This document shows, one piece after another, positions 1 through 10,434 of a DNA stretch of 64,000 nucleotides. The DNA lies in contig CAVSGM010000002.1 in the NCBI GenBank assembly GCA_963727485.1, forward strand, positions 1,536,001-1,600,000, in the 5' to 3' direction. Within the stretch, counting starts at the first letter, position 1. Each line of letters opens with the position of its first letter. Source of the stretch: an uncultured delta proteobacterium (GTDB lineage Bacteria; Myxococcota; Myxococcia; SLRQ01). Under the pieces are notes generated by a model. The model made no database searches and was not told where the DNA came from. It worked only from the letters and a program-made list of their open reading frames with translations. A program made the position numbers and the translations under genes.

Positions 1-366
1 CCACGTTGGCCACCGCCGCGTCGAGGGCCGCCGCCACCTGCGGGCCCGGGTCGAGGGCCTCCACCCGGATGGCGAAGTGGAGGCTCTTCCGAATCCCCGG
101 GCGCGGCCAGGGGCCGCGGGAGGAGGCGCACCCGGCCCACCACCTGGCCCCCGGCCTTCCGGGTGAGGGTGAAGGTCACCCGGTCCCGGTCGATCGACAC
201 GTCGCTGTAGACGTAGCCCCCGGGCAGCACCCGATCGCCGCCGGCCTCGCCGAGGAGCCCGGCGATCCGCCCGGCCGCCCCCCGGGGGAATCCCCTGGGC
301 GATGGCGGGCAGCCCGGCGACGAGGGTGGCGGCGAGGACGAGGCCCCTGGCTTGCTGGCGGGTCAT
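1..366 (-). CDS. Secreted hypothetical protein, runs off the window edge, two apparent frameshifts (~275, ~95)
   Basis: ATG at 366 gives the signal-like MTRQQARGLVLAATLVAGLPAIAQG. After frame changes it reads GGDRVLPGGYVYSDVSIDRDRVTFTLTRK...RKSLHFAIRVEALDPGPQVAAALDAAVANV. It is absent from the ORF track and was translated by hand. Confidence 0.55.
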   Translation of the reverse strand, partial: MTRQQARGLVLAATLVAGLPAIAQGIPPGGGRADRRAPRRGRRRSGAARGLRLQRRVDRPGPGDLHPHPEGRGPGGGPGAPPPAAPGRARGFGRASTSPSGWRPSTRARRWRRPSTRRWPTW

Positions 367-389
367 GGTTGCGACTAAACAAACGGTGC

Positions 390-2213
390 GTGAGGCCTCG
401 GAGTCAAGGTGGGCGCCGGTGGCCGCCCGGAAGTCTGGCGACCGCCCGGGTCCTCGGGGTCGCCGCCGCCAGCGCCGCCTGGCTGCTGCTCTTCTACCGG
501 TTCTCGCAGCCCACCGCGGACACCTGCCGCGATCTCCTCTACGCCCGGGACCTCGCCGAGGGGCGGCTGCTCCACCTGGCGGGGGTCCACGCCTCCCTGG
601 GCAACCTGTGGCAGGGGGCCCTCTTCCCTGCCCTCATGGGCCTGGGCCTCGCCCTCCATGCCCCCATCGTCGGGGTGCGGGCGGCGATGCTCGCCCTCTT
701 CGTGGCGTCGGCGGTGGCCCTCTTCGCCGGGGCGCGGTGGCGCCTGGGCCCCCGGGCGGCGTGGGTGGCGACCGTCCTCTGGGCGGGGCTCGGGCCGCGG
801 GCGGTCTCCCTGCAGGCCCTCGACAACCCGAACCTCCTCGCCCTGCCCCTGGTGGCGTTCACCCTCGCCCTCCTCGACCTCGCCGACGATCGGGGCCTGC
901 TCGCCGCGGCCGCCGCGGGCGCCGCCCTGGGCCTGGCCGTCCTCGCCCACGTGGACGCGGCGCTGCTCGGCCCGGCACTCGTGCTCGCCCTGCTCTGGGG
1001 CCGGCGCCCGGCGTGGGGCCTCGGGGTGGGCCTCGCCGCCCTCGCCGCCACCGTCGCCGCGCTCTCACCGGAGACCGCGGTGGTGGACCTGCGGGGGCTC
1101 GTGACCCGGTGGCCGGTGCTGACCGCCGGGGGCGTGGCGCTCTGGATCGCGGTGGCCCTGGGGACGCGCCGGAGGGCGAGGCGCCTCGACCCAAGGAACC
1201 GGGGCCTGGTCCTCCTGGCGGTCGCGTCCGCGCTCGGCGCCTCGGCCCTCGCGGCCCTCGCGGTCCTGGCGGGCCTCGGCGCCCCGGCCTGGACCTGGCG
1301 CTACCTCGCCCCGGCGTTCCCGGCGGCCTGCCTCCTCGCCGGCGCCGGGGTGGCGCGAGTGGGCCGGCGGGCGGCGATCGCCGGGGCGGTGGTCCTGGGG
1401 ATCGCCCTGGCCGGCGTGGCCACCCGCGGCACCCTGGCGGCGCAGGTCCCGATGGAGTCGGTCCCCACGGTCCTCGCCGATCTGGCCGACCTGGGCTACG
1501 GCCCGGAGGCCCTCCGCCTCCGGCTCCGCGGCCCCCTGCGCGGGCCGCTCCTCGCCTGCGCCACCGCCCTGGTGCCACGCCGGCCGGGCCCACCCCCCGT
1601 CGACGACCTGGTGCTCCTCGACGACTGGACCTCGACCGACTACGCCCTCTTCAGTCGGGCGCGGCCCCTCGGGCACACCCAGGCCCGGGTGTACCGCTAC
1701 CGGCCCTGGGTCGACCAGGTGCACCCGCGCATCTGCGTCACCGGCCCGGCCGGAGAGCAGTGCCAGCGCACCGCCTGGTCCGGGGAGCCCCCGCGCGCCC
1801 CCGGGGCTCCGCTCTTCGATGGCGCCTACCCCGAGCTCCCCGGGGTCCGCGCGCTCTTCCGCGAGGTCGGCGCCCCGGCCACCAAGGCGACGGTGACCTT
1901 CCCCCTGAAGGTGACCGGGCCGGGGGGCGCCCGGAGCCTGACCCTGCTCCCCGGCCGCGACCCCGGGTCCTGCCAGTTCCGGATCCGGCGGGTGACCGGT
2001 GTTCGGACCCGCTCCCCCCTCCCGGCGACGCGGGTGGCGATCCTGGGACGTCCGGGGGAGGCCGGGGAGGTGACCCTCGAGGTCACGTTCGATTCCGAGC
2101 GGTGCGCGCCAGACGCAGGCCGCGTGGCGGCTCCGCCCTCGATCGTCGAGGTCGGCGAGGCCCAGCCGGGCGCGCCCTGGAGGCTTCCGTCGAGGCTCCT
2201 GGGCTCGTGGTGA
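390..2213 (+). CDS. Multi-pass membrane protein with C-terminal soluble domain, possibly an ArnT/PMT (GT-C)-like glycosyltransferase
   Basis: Part of ORF 6..2213; GTG at 390 was chosen because upstream codons overlap the divergent gene. It has about 10 hydrophobic segments, an N-terminal loop 'DTCRDLLYARDL' and a 'WRYLAPAFP' motif, a layout typical of GT-C enzymes. Confidence 0.55.
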   Translation: MRPRSQGGRRWPPGSLATARVLGVAAASAAWLLLFYRFSQPTADTCRDLLYARDLAEGRLLHLAGVHASLGNLWQGALFPALMGLGLALHAPIVGVRAAMLALFVASAVALFAGARWRLGPRAAWVATVLWAGLGPRAVSLQALDNPNLLALPLVAFTLALLDLADDRGLLAAAAAGAALGLAVLAHVDAALLGPALVLALLWGRRPAWGLGVGLAALAATVAALSPETAVVDLRGLVTRWPVLTAGGVALWIAVALGTRRRARRLDPRNRGLVLLAVASALGASALAALAVLAGLGAPAWTWRYLAPAFPAACLLAGAGVARVGRRAAIAGAVVLGIALAGVATRGTLAAQVPMESVPTVLADLADLGYGPEALRLRLRGPLRGPLLACATALVPRRPGPPPVDDLVLLDDWTSTDYALFSRARPLGHTQARVYRYRPWVDQVHPRICVTGPAGEQCQRTAWSGEPPRAPGAPLFDGAYPELPGVRALFREVGAPATKATVTFPLKVTGPGGARSLTLLPGRDPGSCQFRIRRVTGVRTRSPLPATRVAILGRPGEAGEVTLEVTFDSERCAPDAGRVAAPPSIVEVGEAQPGAPWRLPSRLLGSW

Positions 2214-2402
2214 TGGCTCGGGTCAACCCCGGGTTCACCCGTCCCGAGTTTACTTCCCTCCACCAGTAGTCCAAAATCGTATCGCTATTATTGCCCCCCG
2301 GCGTACGGCTTGCCCGGCAGGGGAGGGGATGACGACGGCCGACGGGCGGTCGGCGGTCGGCGGTCGGAACTGGATGCCAGAGCATTGGAGGAGCAGGTCG
2401 GT

Positions 2403-5400
2403 ATGAGAGCGCCCAGCGAGAACCTTCGCAGCATTGGCCGGGTCACCCTCGGTCTCGTCGCCGCTGTCTGTCTGCTGGGGCTGTCGGTCCCGGCCTACGC
2501 GGCTACCGGCACCATCAGCGGGACGGTGCTCAACTCCGGCGGTGCCGGCGTCGCCGGCATCCGGGTGGTCGCCTACCGCAGCACGTCCAAGGGCTACCAG
2601 GCGGTGAAGTCGGTGGTCACGCCGGCCGGCGGTGCCTACAGCCTCACCGGCTTGGTGGACGGCACCTACAAGATCCTGGCCCGCATCAACCCGTCGGGCA
2701 ACACGCCCACCGGCGGGACATCGGTGACCAAGGACGACTGGTACGGCGACAAGATCATCGAGGAGCAGGCCACCACGGTGACCATCAAGAACGCCAACAC
2801 CGTGTCCGGCAGGAACCTCACCCTCAGCGCAGGCACCTGGGGCTCGGTGTACGTCAAGGCGCCGGGCGGCGCGGCCGTCTCCAGCGGGATGCTCTGCCGG
2901 GCCGAGGACGAGACCGATCCCCGGGTCAACCACCTGACCAGCCAGATGACCGTCGCGGTCTCCGGGTCGAGCCCCGGCTACGCCGAGACCGGCCGCTGCG
3001 TGTTCCTGGGGATCGAACCCACAGCGAGCGCCAACGGTGCCTACCACCTGTGGCTTCACGACACCCAGGCCCGCTACAAGGATCTGTTCACCGCCACCCC
3101 CAAATCCGCGGCGACCAACAGCTACATCAATTGGGGCAACGTGACCCTCACGGCCCTGCCCGCGGACCCCAACGAGCCGAACAACTCCCTCTCCGCCTTC
3201 ACCAACATCAACAGCGGTGTCGGCTCCAATCTCTACGGCTACCCCGCGGCGACCTACACCGTGAGCAACGGGGTGATCACCCCGGGCGACGTGGATGTCT
3301 ACTGCTGGCTGGGCCAGGCGGGCGACCGGTTCATCGTCACCGCCACCACGTCCACCAACCTCACCGGCAGCCAGCGCTACAGCCCCTTCGTGGATCCCTA
3401 CCTCCAGGTCCACGGAGCGGTCTTCGGCAACAAGGCGAACGACGACGGCGGCCCCGGGCCCCTCGATGCCCGGGTGGACACCGGGCTTTTGGCGCAAGGG
3501 CAGCAGGTGTGTGCCGAGGTGAGCACCTACAACGACACCACCCTCACCGGCGCCAGCCAGGGCAGCCACGGGACCTACTCCCTGGTGGTGGGCATGGGCA
3601 ACCGGCCTCCGGTGATCACCAAGCCGGCCGACGGGAGCTCGGTACAGGTCCTCGAGGGCGCCACCATCAACGAGGCGATCACCGTCCAGGACCCCGACTC
3701 GGCGCACCCCACCCTCACCGCCACCCTCCAGGACACGGGCGGGAACGTGGTCTCCAAGGGGAGCCTCACCTACGACCCCACGGCCTGCACCGGCGGCACC
3801 GGCTCGCCCTTCACCTGCGACGGGAGCTGGAGCTGGACCACCGCGACCCTCGACTCCAACGGCAGCCCCTACTCGCTGATCCTGAAGGCCAGCGACGGTG
3901 AGTTCACCACCACCAGCACCGTCAGCCTGGTCGTCGCCAAGAACAACCTCCCGCCGACCACGCCGGTTCAGACCGATCCGGCCGACGGGAGCCAGGTGGC
4001 CTCCAACCAGCCGACGCTGACCATCACCAACAGCACCGACCCCAACGGCGACCCCATCACCTACCACTTCGAGCTCTACGACACCGACCCCTCGACCGGC
4101 ACCGGGATCACCCCGATCGCCACCCAGGACGTGGCCAACGATCCCTCCGGGAGCACCAGCTGGGCCACCACCCAGACCCTCACCGAGAACAAGACCTACT
4201 GGTGGCGGGTGCAGGCCGACGACGGGACCGCGGGCGCCAACGCCACCAGCAGCTGGACCGGCTACTGGAGCTTCTTCGTCAACACCGTCAACGATCCGCC
4301 CCTGCCGCCGCAGCTCACCGAGCCGGTGGACGGGTCCACGGTGCAGACGGTCCAGCCCACGCTCACGGTGAACAACACCACCGATCCCGAGGGCGACCCG
4401 ATCACCCTCTACTACGAGATCTCCACGGACCCGACCTTCGCCGACACCACCCAGACGGTGGCCACCTCGCAGGCGGTGCCCCAGGTCTCCGGGACCTCGA
4501 CCACCGACTGGCCCGTCGACGCGGCCCAGCGCCTCAAGTACGGCACCGACTACTACGCCCGGGCCTATGCCCAGGACGACAAGGGCGCCCAGAGCACCTA
4601 CAGCAACGTCGACCACTTCACCACGCCGGCGGACAACCCGCCGACCGACCCCAGCCTCGGCGCGCCCTTCGACGCCACCTGCTCCAACCTGGTGATCACC
4701 GACAGCGCCAACATCCCCACGCAGGTGGTGGTGAACAACCCGACCGACCCGGAGAACGACCCGCTGCAGCTCGAGCTCCAGGTCTACGACGCCAGCGCCG
4801 ATCCCAGCGCTCCGGGGTTCACGCCGGCCATCGACACCACGGTCGCGGTGGACACCACCGGAACCACCACCACCATCCCCGTGGACCCCTCGGTGCTCAC
4901 CGAGAACGGGCACTTCATCGTGCGGGTGCAGGCCAGCGACGGCACCATGCAGTCCAACTGGGTGCAGTGCGACCTCTGGATCAACACCACCAACACCCCG
5001 CCCTCGGCGGTCACCATCCTCTCGCCGACCAAGGGCAGCACCTTCGACGCCAGCACCACCACGGTGAGCGTGAAGGTCCAGAACGCCAGCGACCCCGACT
5101 ACGGGATCCCGGGCACCAGCCTCGCCATCGCCTACTGTGCCTCGAAGCAGTCGGACTTCTCCGACTGCCCGACCGACCAGACGACCTGGCCGAACGTGCC
5201 CCAGACCTCGGGCAATCCCACCGGCACCACCGACTTCCCGCTCAGCGTCGCCGCCGGGGACACCTGGTACGTGAAGGTGTGCGCCATCGACGAGTCCGGC
5301 GTCTGCGGCGCCACCGACCAGACCAACTTCTCGGTGAAGACCGCGTCCGCGGGCAACGACGGCGGCTCCGGCGGCACCGACGGCGGCTCCGGTGGCGGCA

Positions 5401-5537
5401 CCGACGGCGGCTCCGGCTCGGGCGCCACCCCCGGTGGCTGCTGCACCACGGCCCGGGGCGGCCAGCCGGTGATGGCCCTGTGGGCGGCGTTGGGTCTGCT
5501 GCTCCTCATCCCGCGGCGCCGGCGGTACCGCGGGTGA
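2403..5537 (+). CDS. Large Thr/Ser/Asp-rich surface protein with Ig-like repeats and a MYXO-CTERM-like sorting signal
   Basis: A GGAGGAG RBS lies upstream of the ATG. The signal peptide ends AYA and is followed by a carboxypeptidase-regulatory-like start (GTISGTV). Repeated DPxGDP(I/L)TY modules lead to a C-terminal Gly linker, GGCC, a TM helix and RRRR. Confidence 0.85.
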   Translation: MRAPSENLRSIGRVTLGLVAAVCLLGLSVPAYAATGTISGTVLNSGGAGVAGIRVVAYRSTSKGYQAVKSVVTPAGGAYSLTGLVDGTYKILARINPSGNTPTGGTSVTKDDWYGDKIIEEQATTVTIKNANTVSGRNLTLSAGTWGSVYVKAPGGAAVSSGMLCRAEDETDPRVNHLTSQMTVAVSGSSPGYAETGRCVFLGIEPTASANGAYHLWLHDTQARYKDLFTATPKSAATNSYINWGNVTLTALPADPNEPNNSLSAFTNINSGVGSNLYGYPAATYTVSNGVITPGDVDVYCWLGQAGDRFIVTATTSTNLTGSQRYSPFVDPYLQVHGAVFGNKANDDGGPGPLDARVDTGLLAQGQQVCAEVSTYNDTTLTGASQGSHGTYSLVVGMGNRPPVITKPADGSSVQVLEGATINEAITVQDPDSAHPTLTATLQDTGGNVVSKGSLTYDPTACTGGTGSPFTCDGSWSWTTATLDSNGSPYSLILKASDGEFTTTSTVSLVVAKNNLPPTTPVQTDPADGSQVASNQPTLTITNSTDPNGDPITYHFELYDTDPSTGTGITPIATQDVANDPSGSTSWATTQTLTENKTYWWRVQADDGTAGANATSSWTGYWSFFVNTVNDPPLPPQLTEPVDGSTVQTVQPTLTVNNTTDPEGDPITLYYEISTDPTFADTTQTVATSQAVPQVSGTSTTDWPVDAAQRLKYGTDYYARAYAQDDKGAQSTYSNVDHFTTPADNPPTDPSLGAPFDATCSNLVITDSANIPTQVVVNNPTDPENDPLQLELQVYDASADPSAPGFTPAIDTTVAVDTTGTTTTIPVDPSVLTENGHFIVRVQASDGTMQSNWVQCDLWINTTNTPPSAVTILSPTKGSTFDASTTTVSVKVQNASDPDYGIPGTSLAIAYCASKQSDFSDCPTDQTTWPNVPQTSGNPTGTTDFPLSVAAGDTWYVKVCAIDESGVCGATDQTNFSVKTASAGNDGGSGGTDGGSGGGTDGGSGSGATPGGCCTTARGGQPVMALWAALGLLLLIPRRRRYRG

Positions 5538-5553
5538 GGTTGCTCAGCGGTCG

Positions 5554-7359
5554 ATGAAGGCCCTCATCAAGGTCGGCTACGGGTGCAACGACCACTGCAC
5601 CTTCTGCCACACCCTCGACGTCCGCCATCTCGATGACACCGCCGCCGCGGTCGATCGCAAGATCGACCGGGCGGCGGAGCTGGGCCACACCATGGTGGTG
5701 CTCTCCGGCGGGGAGCCCACCATCCGCCCGGAGCTCTACCGGTGGGCGGGGCGCACGGTGCGCCTGGGCCTCGACTTCGGCCTGGTGACCAACGGGCGGC
5801 TGCTGTCCTACCCCGAGGTGGCCGAGCGCCTCCTCGGGCTGCGCCTCAAGTACGCCTACATCTCGCTCCACGGGGGCACCGCCAAGGTCCACAACGCGGT
5901 GGTGCGCTCCCACGCCTTCGAGGAGAGCTTCGGGGCGTTCAGAAACCTCACCGGGCGGGGCGTGGACCTCACGGCCAACTGCGTGGTCACCAAGGTGAAC
6001 CTCCCGCACCTCCGGGCGCTGGTCGACCTGCTGCTCCCCTACCCCGACGTGACGGTGAAGTTCTCCATGGTCGAGGCCAAGGGGGGCGGCGCGAAGCTCT
6101 TCGACAGCATCGTGCCGAGGGTCGCCGAGGTGGCGGCGGGGGTCCGCGACGCCCTGGCCTACGGTGCCGAGCGCGCCGGACCCGAGGGGGCGCACCGGTT
6201 CACCCACGGCGGCATCCCCCTGTGCCTGATGCAGGGCTACGAAGACCGCTTCGACGACCTGCGCACCGACGGCTTCGCCACCATGACCGAGGTCTGGGAG
6301 CCCGACTTCTTCCCCGTCGACGACCTCAACAAGACCCAGCCGCCGCCGTGCCGCGACTGCGGGCTGCGGGCGGCGTGCCCCGGGCTGTTCACCGGCTACC
6401 TCGAGCGCCACGGCCACGGGGAGCTGAAGCCCACGCCCGGCCTGCGGTCCAACTCCTTCAACTACGTGCCCACCAGGCGGCTCACCTGGCTGGTGGGCAC
6501 GCCGTGCCCGGTGCGCCGGGACGGGGTCACCCCCTACGACCGGGGGCGCTCGGTCTTCGTCCGCGAGGGCGAGACCATGGTCCTCTACGAGACCCGCACC
6601 CGGGACTTCGCCGACCCGGAGATCGACGAGGTCAAGCGCCGGCAGGGGCAGGTGTACCTCGACGTCTCCGACAAGCCCGCCCCCGACGACTTCGCCCGCG
6701 ACCTCAAGAAGCTGGCCCGGGTGGACACCTGCAACACCTGCCCGGTGGAGACGCTGTGCGCCGGGTGCTACCACGCGCTCCCCGACGACGTCTTCCGCCG
6801 GGACGACGCGCTCCTGCGCGAGCGCCTCGAAGCCTTGACCGGCGACGTGCTGGACCTCGGCTGCGGGGACGGGCGCTACGCCGACGTCCTGGCGGAGGCG
6901 GTGGCGGCCGGACGGGTGCGCTACCACGGGGTGGACCCGGACGCGGCGGTGCTGGCGGCCGTGGCCGCGCGGCTCCCTGGCGCCAGGACCAGCTGCGCCC
7001 GGGCCGAGGATCTGGCGCTGGCGCCTGCGAGCTACGACCACGTGCTGCTGCTCCAGAGCTACGACCACCTGGTGGAGCCGGATCAGGTGATCCCCCGGCT
7101 GGTGAAGGCCCTGCGCCCGGGTGGTACCCTCCTGGTGGCCGACAACGTGGCCTTCGGCCTCCTGCGCTCCCCGGGGCAGGCGGCGCGCGCCGAGGCGGGG
7201 CCGGCCCGCTTCGAGCACCATCGCAACCATGACGCCGGGGCGGCGGAGCCGCTGTTCGCCGGCCACCCCCTCACCCTTCTGGCCCGCCGCGACGTGGGCC
7301 CGGGAACCAGCAACCAGTGGTTCCTCCACTACCGACGCCAAGAGGAAGCCGCATGCTAG
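5554..7359 (+). CDS. Radical SAM protein (HxsC-like) fused to a C-terminal class I SAM-dependent methyltransferase
   Basis: CNDHCTFC, SGGEPT and TNG motifs; Cys clusters CRDCGLRAACPG and CNTCPVETLCAGC; methyltransferase motif I VLDLGCGDG and 'LRPGG'. Confidence 0.9.
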   Translation: MKALIKVGYGCNDHCTFCHTLDVRHLDDTAAAVDRKIDRAAELGHTMVVLSGGEPTIRPELYRWAGRTVRLGLDFGLVTNGRLLSYPEVAERLLGLRLKYAYISLHGGTAKVHNAVVRSHAFEESFGAFRNLTGRGVDLTANCVVTKVNLPHLRALVDLLLPYPDVTVKFSMVEAKGGGAKLFDSIVPRVAEVAAGVRDALAYGAERAGPEGAHRFTHGGIPLCLMQGYEDRFDDLRTDGFATMTEVWEPDFFPVDDLNKTQPPPCRDCGLRAACPGLFTGYLERHGHGELKPTPGLRSNSFNYVPTRRLTWLVGTPCPVRRDGVTPYDRGRSVFVREGETMVLYETRTRDFADPEIDEVKRRQGQVYLDVSDKPAPDDFARDLKKLARVDTCNTCPVETLCAGCYHALPDDVFRRDDALLRERLEALTGDVLDLGCGDGRYADVLAEAVAAGRVRYHGVDPDAAVLAAVAARLPGARTSCARAEDLALAPASYDHVLLLQSYDHLVEPDQVIPRLVKALRPGGTLLVADNVAFGLLRSPGQAARAEAGPARFEHHRNHDAGAAEPLFAGHPLTLLARRDVGPGTSNQWFLHYRRQEEAAC

Positions 7360-9023
7360 AGGCCGACGCCACCTTCGACGCCGAAGGCCAGAAGATCGCC
7401 GAGAAGGAGTCCGCGGCGCACGAGAAGCGCGCCTGGATCCGGCTGACGAGCTACTGCAACAACCGCTGCACCTTCTGCCTCGACTCGGCGGCCCACAACG
7501 GGACCTACGTGCCCCGGCTCAACATCCGCTCCCAGATCATCGACGGGCGGCGCAAGGGCGCCACGCGGCTGATCCTCTCCGGGGGCGAGCCCACCATCCA
7601 CCCCAACTACGTGGAGTTCATCAAGCTCGGGCGGCAGCTGGGGTACCGGAAGATCCAGACGGTCACCAACGGCCGGCTCTTCTCCTACGACGACTTCATC
7701 GGCAAGTGCCTCGACGCCGGGCTCTCGGAGATCACGTTTTCCATCCACGGCCACAACGCCAAGGTCCACGACGCCCTGGTGGGGGTGAAGGGTGCCTTCG
7801 ACGAGGAGGTCGAGGGGCTGAAGAAGGCGCTGGCCGACGGCCGGCCCATCGTCAACGTCGACGTCTGCCTCAACAAGGGCAACGTCCGGAACCTCCCCGA
7901 GCTCCTCGACATGTTCATGGAGATCGGCGTGCGCGAGTTCGACCTGCTCCACCTCATCCCCTTCGGGCGGGCCTACGAGGAGGGGCGCAACTCGCTGTTC
8001 TACGACATCGACGAGGCGATGCCCGCGATCCAGCACGCCCTCGAGCTCTCCAAGCGCCCGGACGTGCACATCTGGTTCAACCGCTTCCCGCCGCCGTACC
8101 TCGAGGGCCACGAGCACCTGATCCAGGACCCCTACAAGCTCAACGACGAGGTCCGCGGCCGCTACGAGGAGTACGAGCGGTGGCTGGAGCACGGGGTGCC
8201 CCTCTCGTGCCGCGAGCCCGACCGGTGCAACCGCTGCTACCTCCAGAACCTCTGCGACACCCTCGAGGGGAAGATGGCGACGCAGAAGGACGACCGGTTC
8301 GAGCTGATCCGGGTGCACGCGGGCGCCGCCGGCACGGACGTGGAGCTGCCGAAGCTCACCGGCACCTACGCCGGGAGCTGGCTGTGTGCCCCGGACGTGG
8401 CCGCCGCCAAGGCGCTGGCGGGCCGGCTCCCGGGCGACGAGCTCACCCTGGAGCTCGAGGACTACGACGGCCTCGCCGAGGCCCTGGGCGACGGGAAGCT
8501 TTCGGGCAAGAAGCTGGTGCGCGCCTACGCCGCGCGGCCCGAGGACGTCGAGGCGCTGCTCGCCCTCGAGGGCGATCATGAGGTCGTCGCCTGGCTCAAC
8601 CAGGCCAACGTGGCGGCGCTGTTGGAGAAGGGCACCGAGGCGCCGGCGCGCCTCGCCCTCTCGGGCCGGAACTACGAGCGGCTCACCGAGGCGTCCGAGC
8701 AGGACCCGGACCTCAAGGCCTTCTTCGCCGCCTACGACAAGGCGGTGCCGGTGGAGGACGTCCCCGCGTGCATCAGCGGCCGAGCGCCGCGCGCCCGCCC
8801 CGAGGTCCTCGACGCCTCCATGCTCCAGCCCGGTGGGCGCCTGGACATCTACGGCTACGCCAAGCGCTACATCCTCGACCACTACTACACCAAGAGCCAT
8901 AGGTGCCGCGGCTGCGCCCACTTCGAGGGCTGCGCCGGGGCGCACATCAACTGGGTGCGCGCCCACGGGTACCAGACCCTGGTGCCGGTCCCCGGCGAGC
9001 CGGCGAAGCAGGCGGCGGGGTAG
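7353..9023 (+). CDS. Radical SAM protein (HxsC-like) with two Cys-rich auxiliary clusters
   Basis: ATG overlaps the upstream stop. Motifs: CNNRCTFC, SGGEPT, TNG, SIHG; CNRCYLQNLC; C-terminal CRGCAHFEGCAG. Confidence 0.9.
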   Translation: MLEADATFDAEGQKIAEKESAAHEKRAWIRLTSYCNNRCTFCLDSAAHNGTYVPRLNIRSQIIDGRRKGATRLILSGGEPTIHPNYVEFIKLGRQLGYRKIQTVTNGRLFSYDDFIGKCLDAGLSEITFSIHGHNAKVHDALVGVKGAFDEEVEGLKKALADGRPIVNVDVCLNKGNVRNLPELLDMFMEIGVREFDLLHLIPFGRAYEEGRNSLFYDIDEAMPAIQHALELSKRPDVHIWFNRFPPPYLEGHEHLIQDPYKLNDEVRGRYEEYERWLEHGVPLSCREPDRCNRCYLQNLCDTLEGKMATQKDDRFELIRVHAGAAGTDVELPKLTGTYAGSWLCAPDVAAAKALAGRLPGDELTLELEDYDGLAEALGDGKLSGKKLVRAYAARPEDVEALLALEGDHEVVAWLNQANVAALLEKGTEAPARLALSGRNYERLTEASEQDPDLKAFFAAYDKAVPVEDVPACISGRAPRARPEVLDASMLQPGGRLDIYGYAKRYILDHYYTKSHRCRGCAHFEGCAGAHINWVRAHGYQTLVPVPGEPAKQAAG

Positions 9024-9122
9024 GCCTCTTGGCCGCCGCCCGCAGACGCACCAAGGGGGCGCGCGGTGTGTCGCACGCCCCCTCGGGAGGCCGGCCGGGG
9101 CCGGCAGCCGGTAGCGACCCGG

Positions 9123-10017
9123 CTAGTTGATCTCTGATGTAGTAGTTCACCGTGACGTTGCGGGGACGGGTCTCGGCGCCGCCGGCGTCACCGGTGAGCC
9201 CGTGGGGGTCGATGACCGCCGTGCCGCTGGTGCCCGGAGGGGCCGGGAAGATGGCCCCGGGCGTGCCGCCGGCCACCACCACCCCGGAGGCCCCCGGGGA
9301 GACGTTGTGGTGGTGCTGCTTGAACTGGTCCGCCTGGTAGGTCCCCGGCGCCGTGTCGCCGTCGGGGTTGCCCTTGCTGTCGGCGCGCGACCCGTTCTCG
9401 CCCCGGAGGAACACGCCCCGGAGGTCGGGGACGGTGGTGTTCCCGGTGATCTGGGCGTACCGGGAGCTGCTGTAGCTGCCCCCGTCGGCGAGGACCCAGT
9501 CGGGCCCGCGGATGGCGGTGAACTCGCTGGGGGTGAGCATGCTGGCGACGATGTCGCCCACCACGCCCCCGCCGGTGGCGGCGTGGAGGGTGGTGATCCC
9601 GGTGGCGATGGGGTTGGTGGCCAGGATCACGCTCTGGCTGGTGTTGCCCAGCGCCCCGCCCTTGCCCGAGACCTGCACCCACAGGGGCGACCCCGCGGCC
9701 TCGGCGATGCCCGAGGCGCAGGCGGTGTCCTGCATGGTGTGCCGGAACCAGCCGCCGGTGGTGGCGGCGCTGAAGTTGGTGTCGCCGCACACGTGGTTGG
9801 TCGCCGCCTGGTCCTTGAAGATGTTGATCGACAAGGTGTAGGTGTCGTCGGCGATGGGGGTGCCGTTGACGAAGAGCTGGCCCTGGTAGGTCAGCGGCGG
9901 CGGCGTGCTCGAGGGCCCCGCGGCCGAGGCCTGGTAGCCGAACCAGGCCACGCTGGCGAGAAGAGCCCCGGCGAGGAGCATGGGAGCCCGCTTGCTCCAC
10001 GAAGGTGCGCGTCTCAT
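9123..10017 (-). CDS. Secreted protein with a phage tail-collar/tail-fibre-like C-terminal domain (frameshift in the last codons)
   Basis: Signal peptide, then 'LTYQGQL', 'WVLADG...VPDLRGVFLRG' and 'ETRPRNVTVNYYI'. Removing one base at ~9135 restores the usual ...YYIxIN-stop ending (TAG at 9123-9125). ATGA overlap with the upstream gene. Confidence 0.75.
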
Positions 10018-10430
10018 TGGGTGAAGCCTCCACACAGTTGGTAGATGTCCTTGGTCCCGCAGGCCACGTTGCCCAGCTGGGCCCCAGCGATGTTGAACCC
10101 GCCCGACTGGGGCGCCTCGCCGATGCTGGAGAAGGCGCCGTGCATCACCACGCAGCCGCAGGTGCCGTCGGTCCCGCAGACCTGGGCGCCGGCGCCGCAG
10201 GGCGGGCAGTCGGAGGGGCTGGTGCAGACCAGGCCGCCGTCGGTGCCGCCGTCGGTGCCGCCGTCGGTGGGGGTCGCCGAGACGACGCAGGCGTCGTTCT
10301 GGCAGACGAAGCCCGAGGGACACTTGCCGTTGAGGCAGGGGCGCCCCGTGTCCTTGCCGCTGATGAGCAGCGAGCACCCGGCGAGGGTCAGGGCGGCGGT
10401 GGCTGCGAGGATGAGCAGTCGGCGCGACAT
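10014..10430 (-). CDS. Small Cys-rich lipoprotein
   Basis: Lipobox LAGC, about 11 Cys, and a DGGTDGGTDGG linker. Confidence 0.75.
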   Translation of the reverse strand: MSRRLLILAATAALTLAGCSLLISGKDTGRPCLNGKCPSGFVCQNDACVVSATPTDGGTDGGTDGGLVCTSPSDCPPCGAGAQVCGTDGTCGCVVMHGAFSSIGEAPQSGGFNIAGAQLGNVACGTKDIYQLCGGFTQ

Positions 10431-10434
10431 CGGT

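Noticed and set aside
2250..4913. Long antisense and alternate-frame ORFs (for example 2250..4913, 5506..7341, 51358..53685, 58112..62863)
   Set aside because: These are expected stop-poor shadow frames in very GC-rich DNA. They overlap well-supported genes and carry no motifs.
9123..10017. Prophage suggested by the tail-collar domain
   Set aside because: The protein has a signal peptide, and there are no capsid, terminase, integrase or other tail genes.
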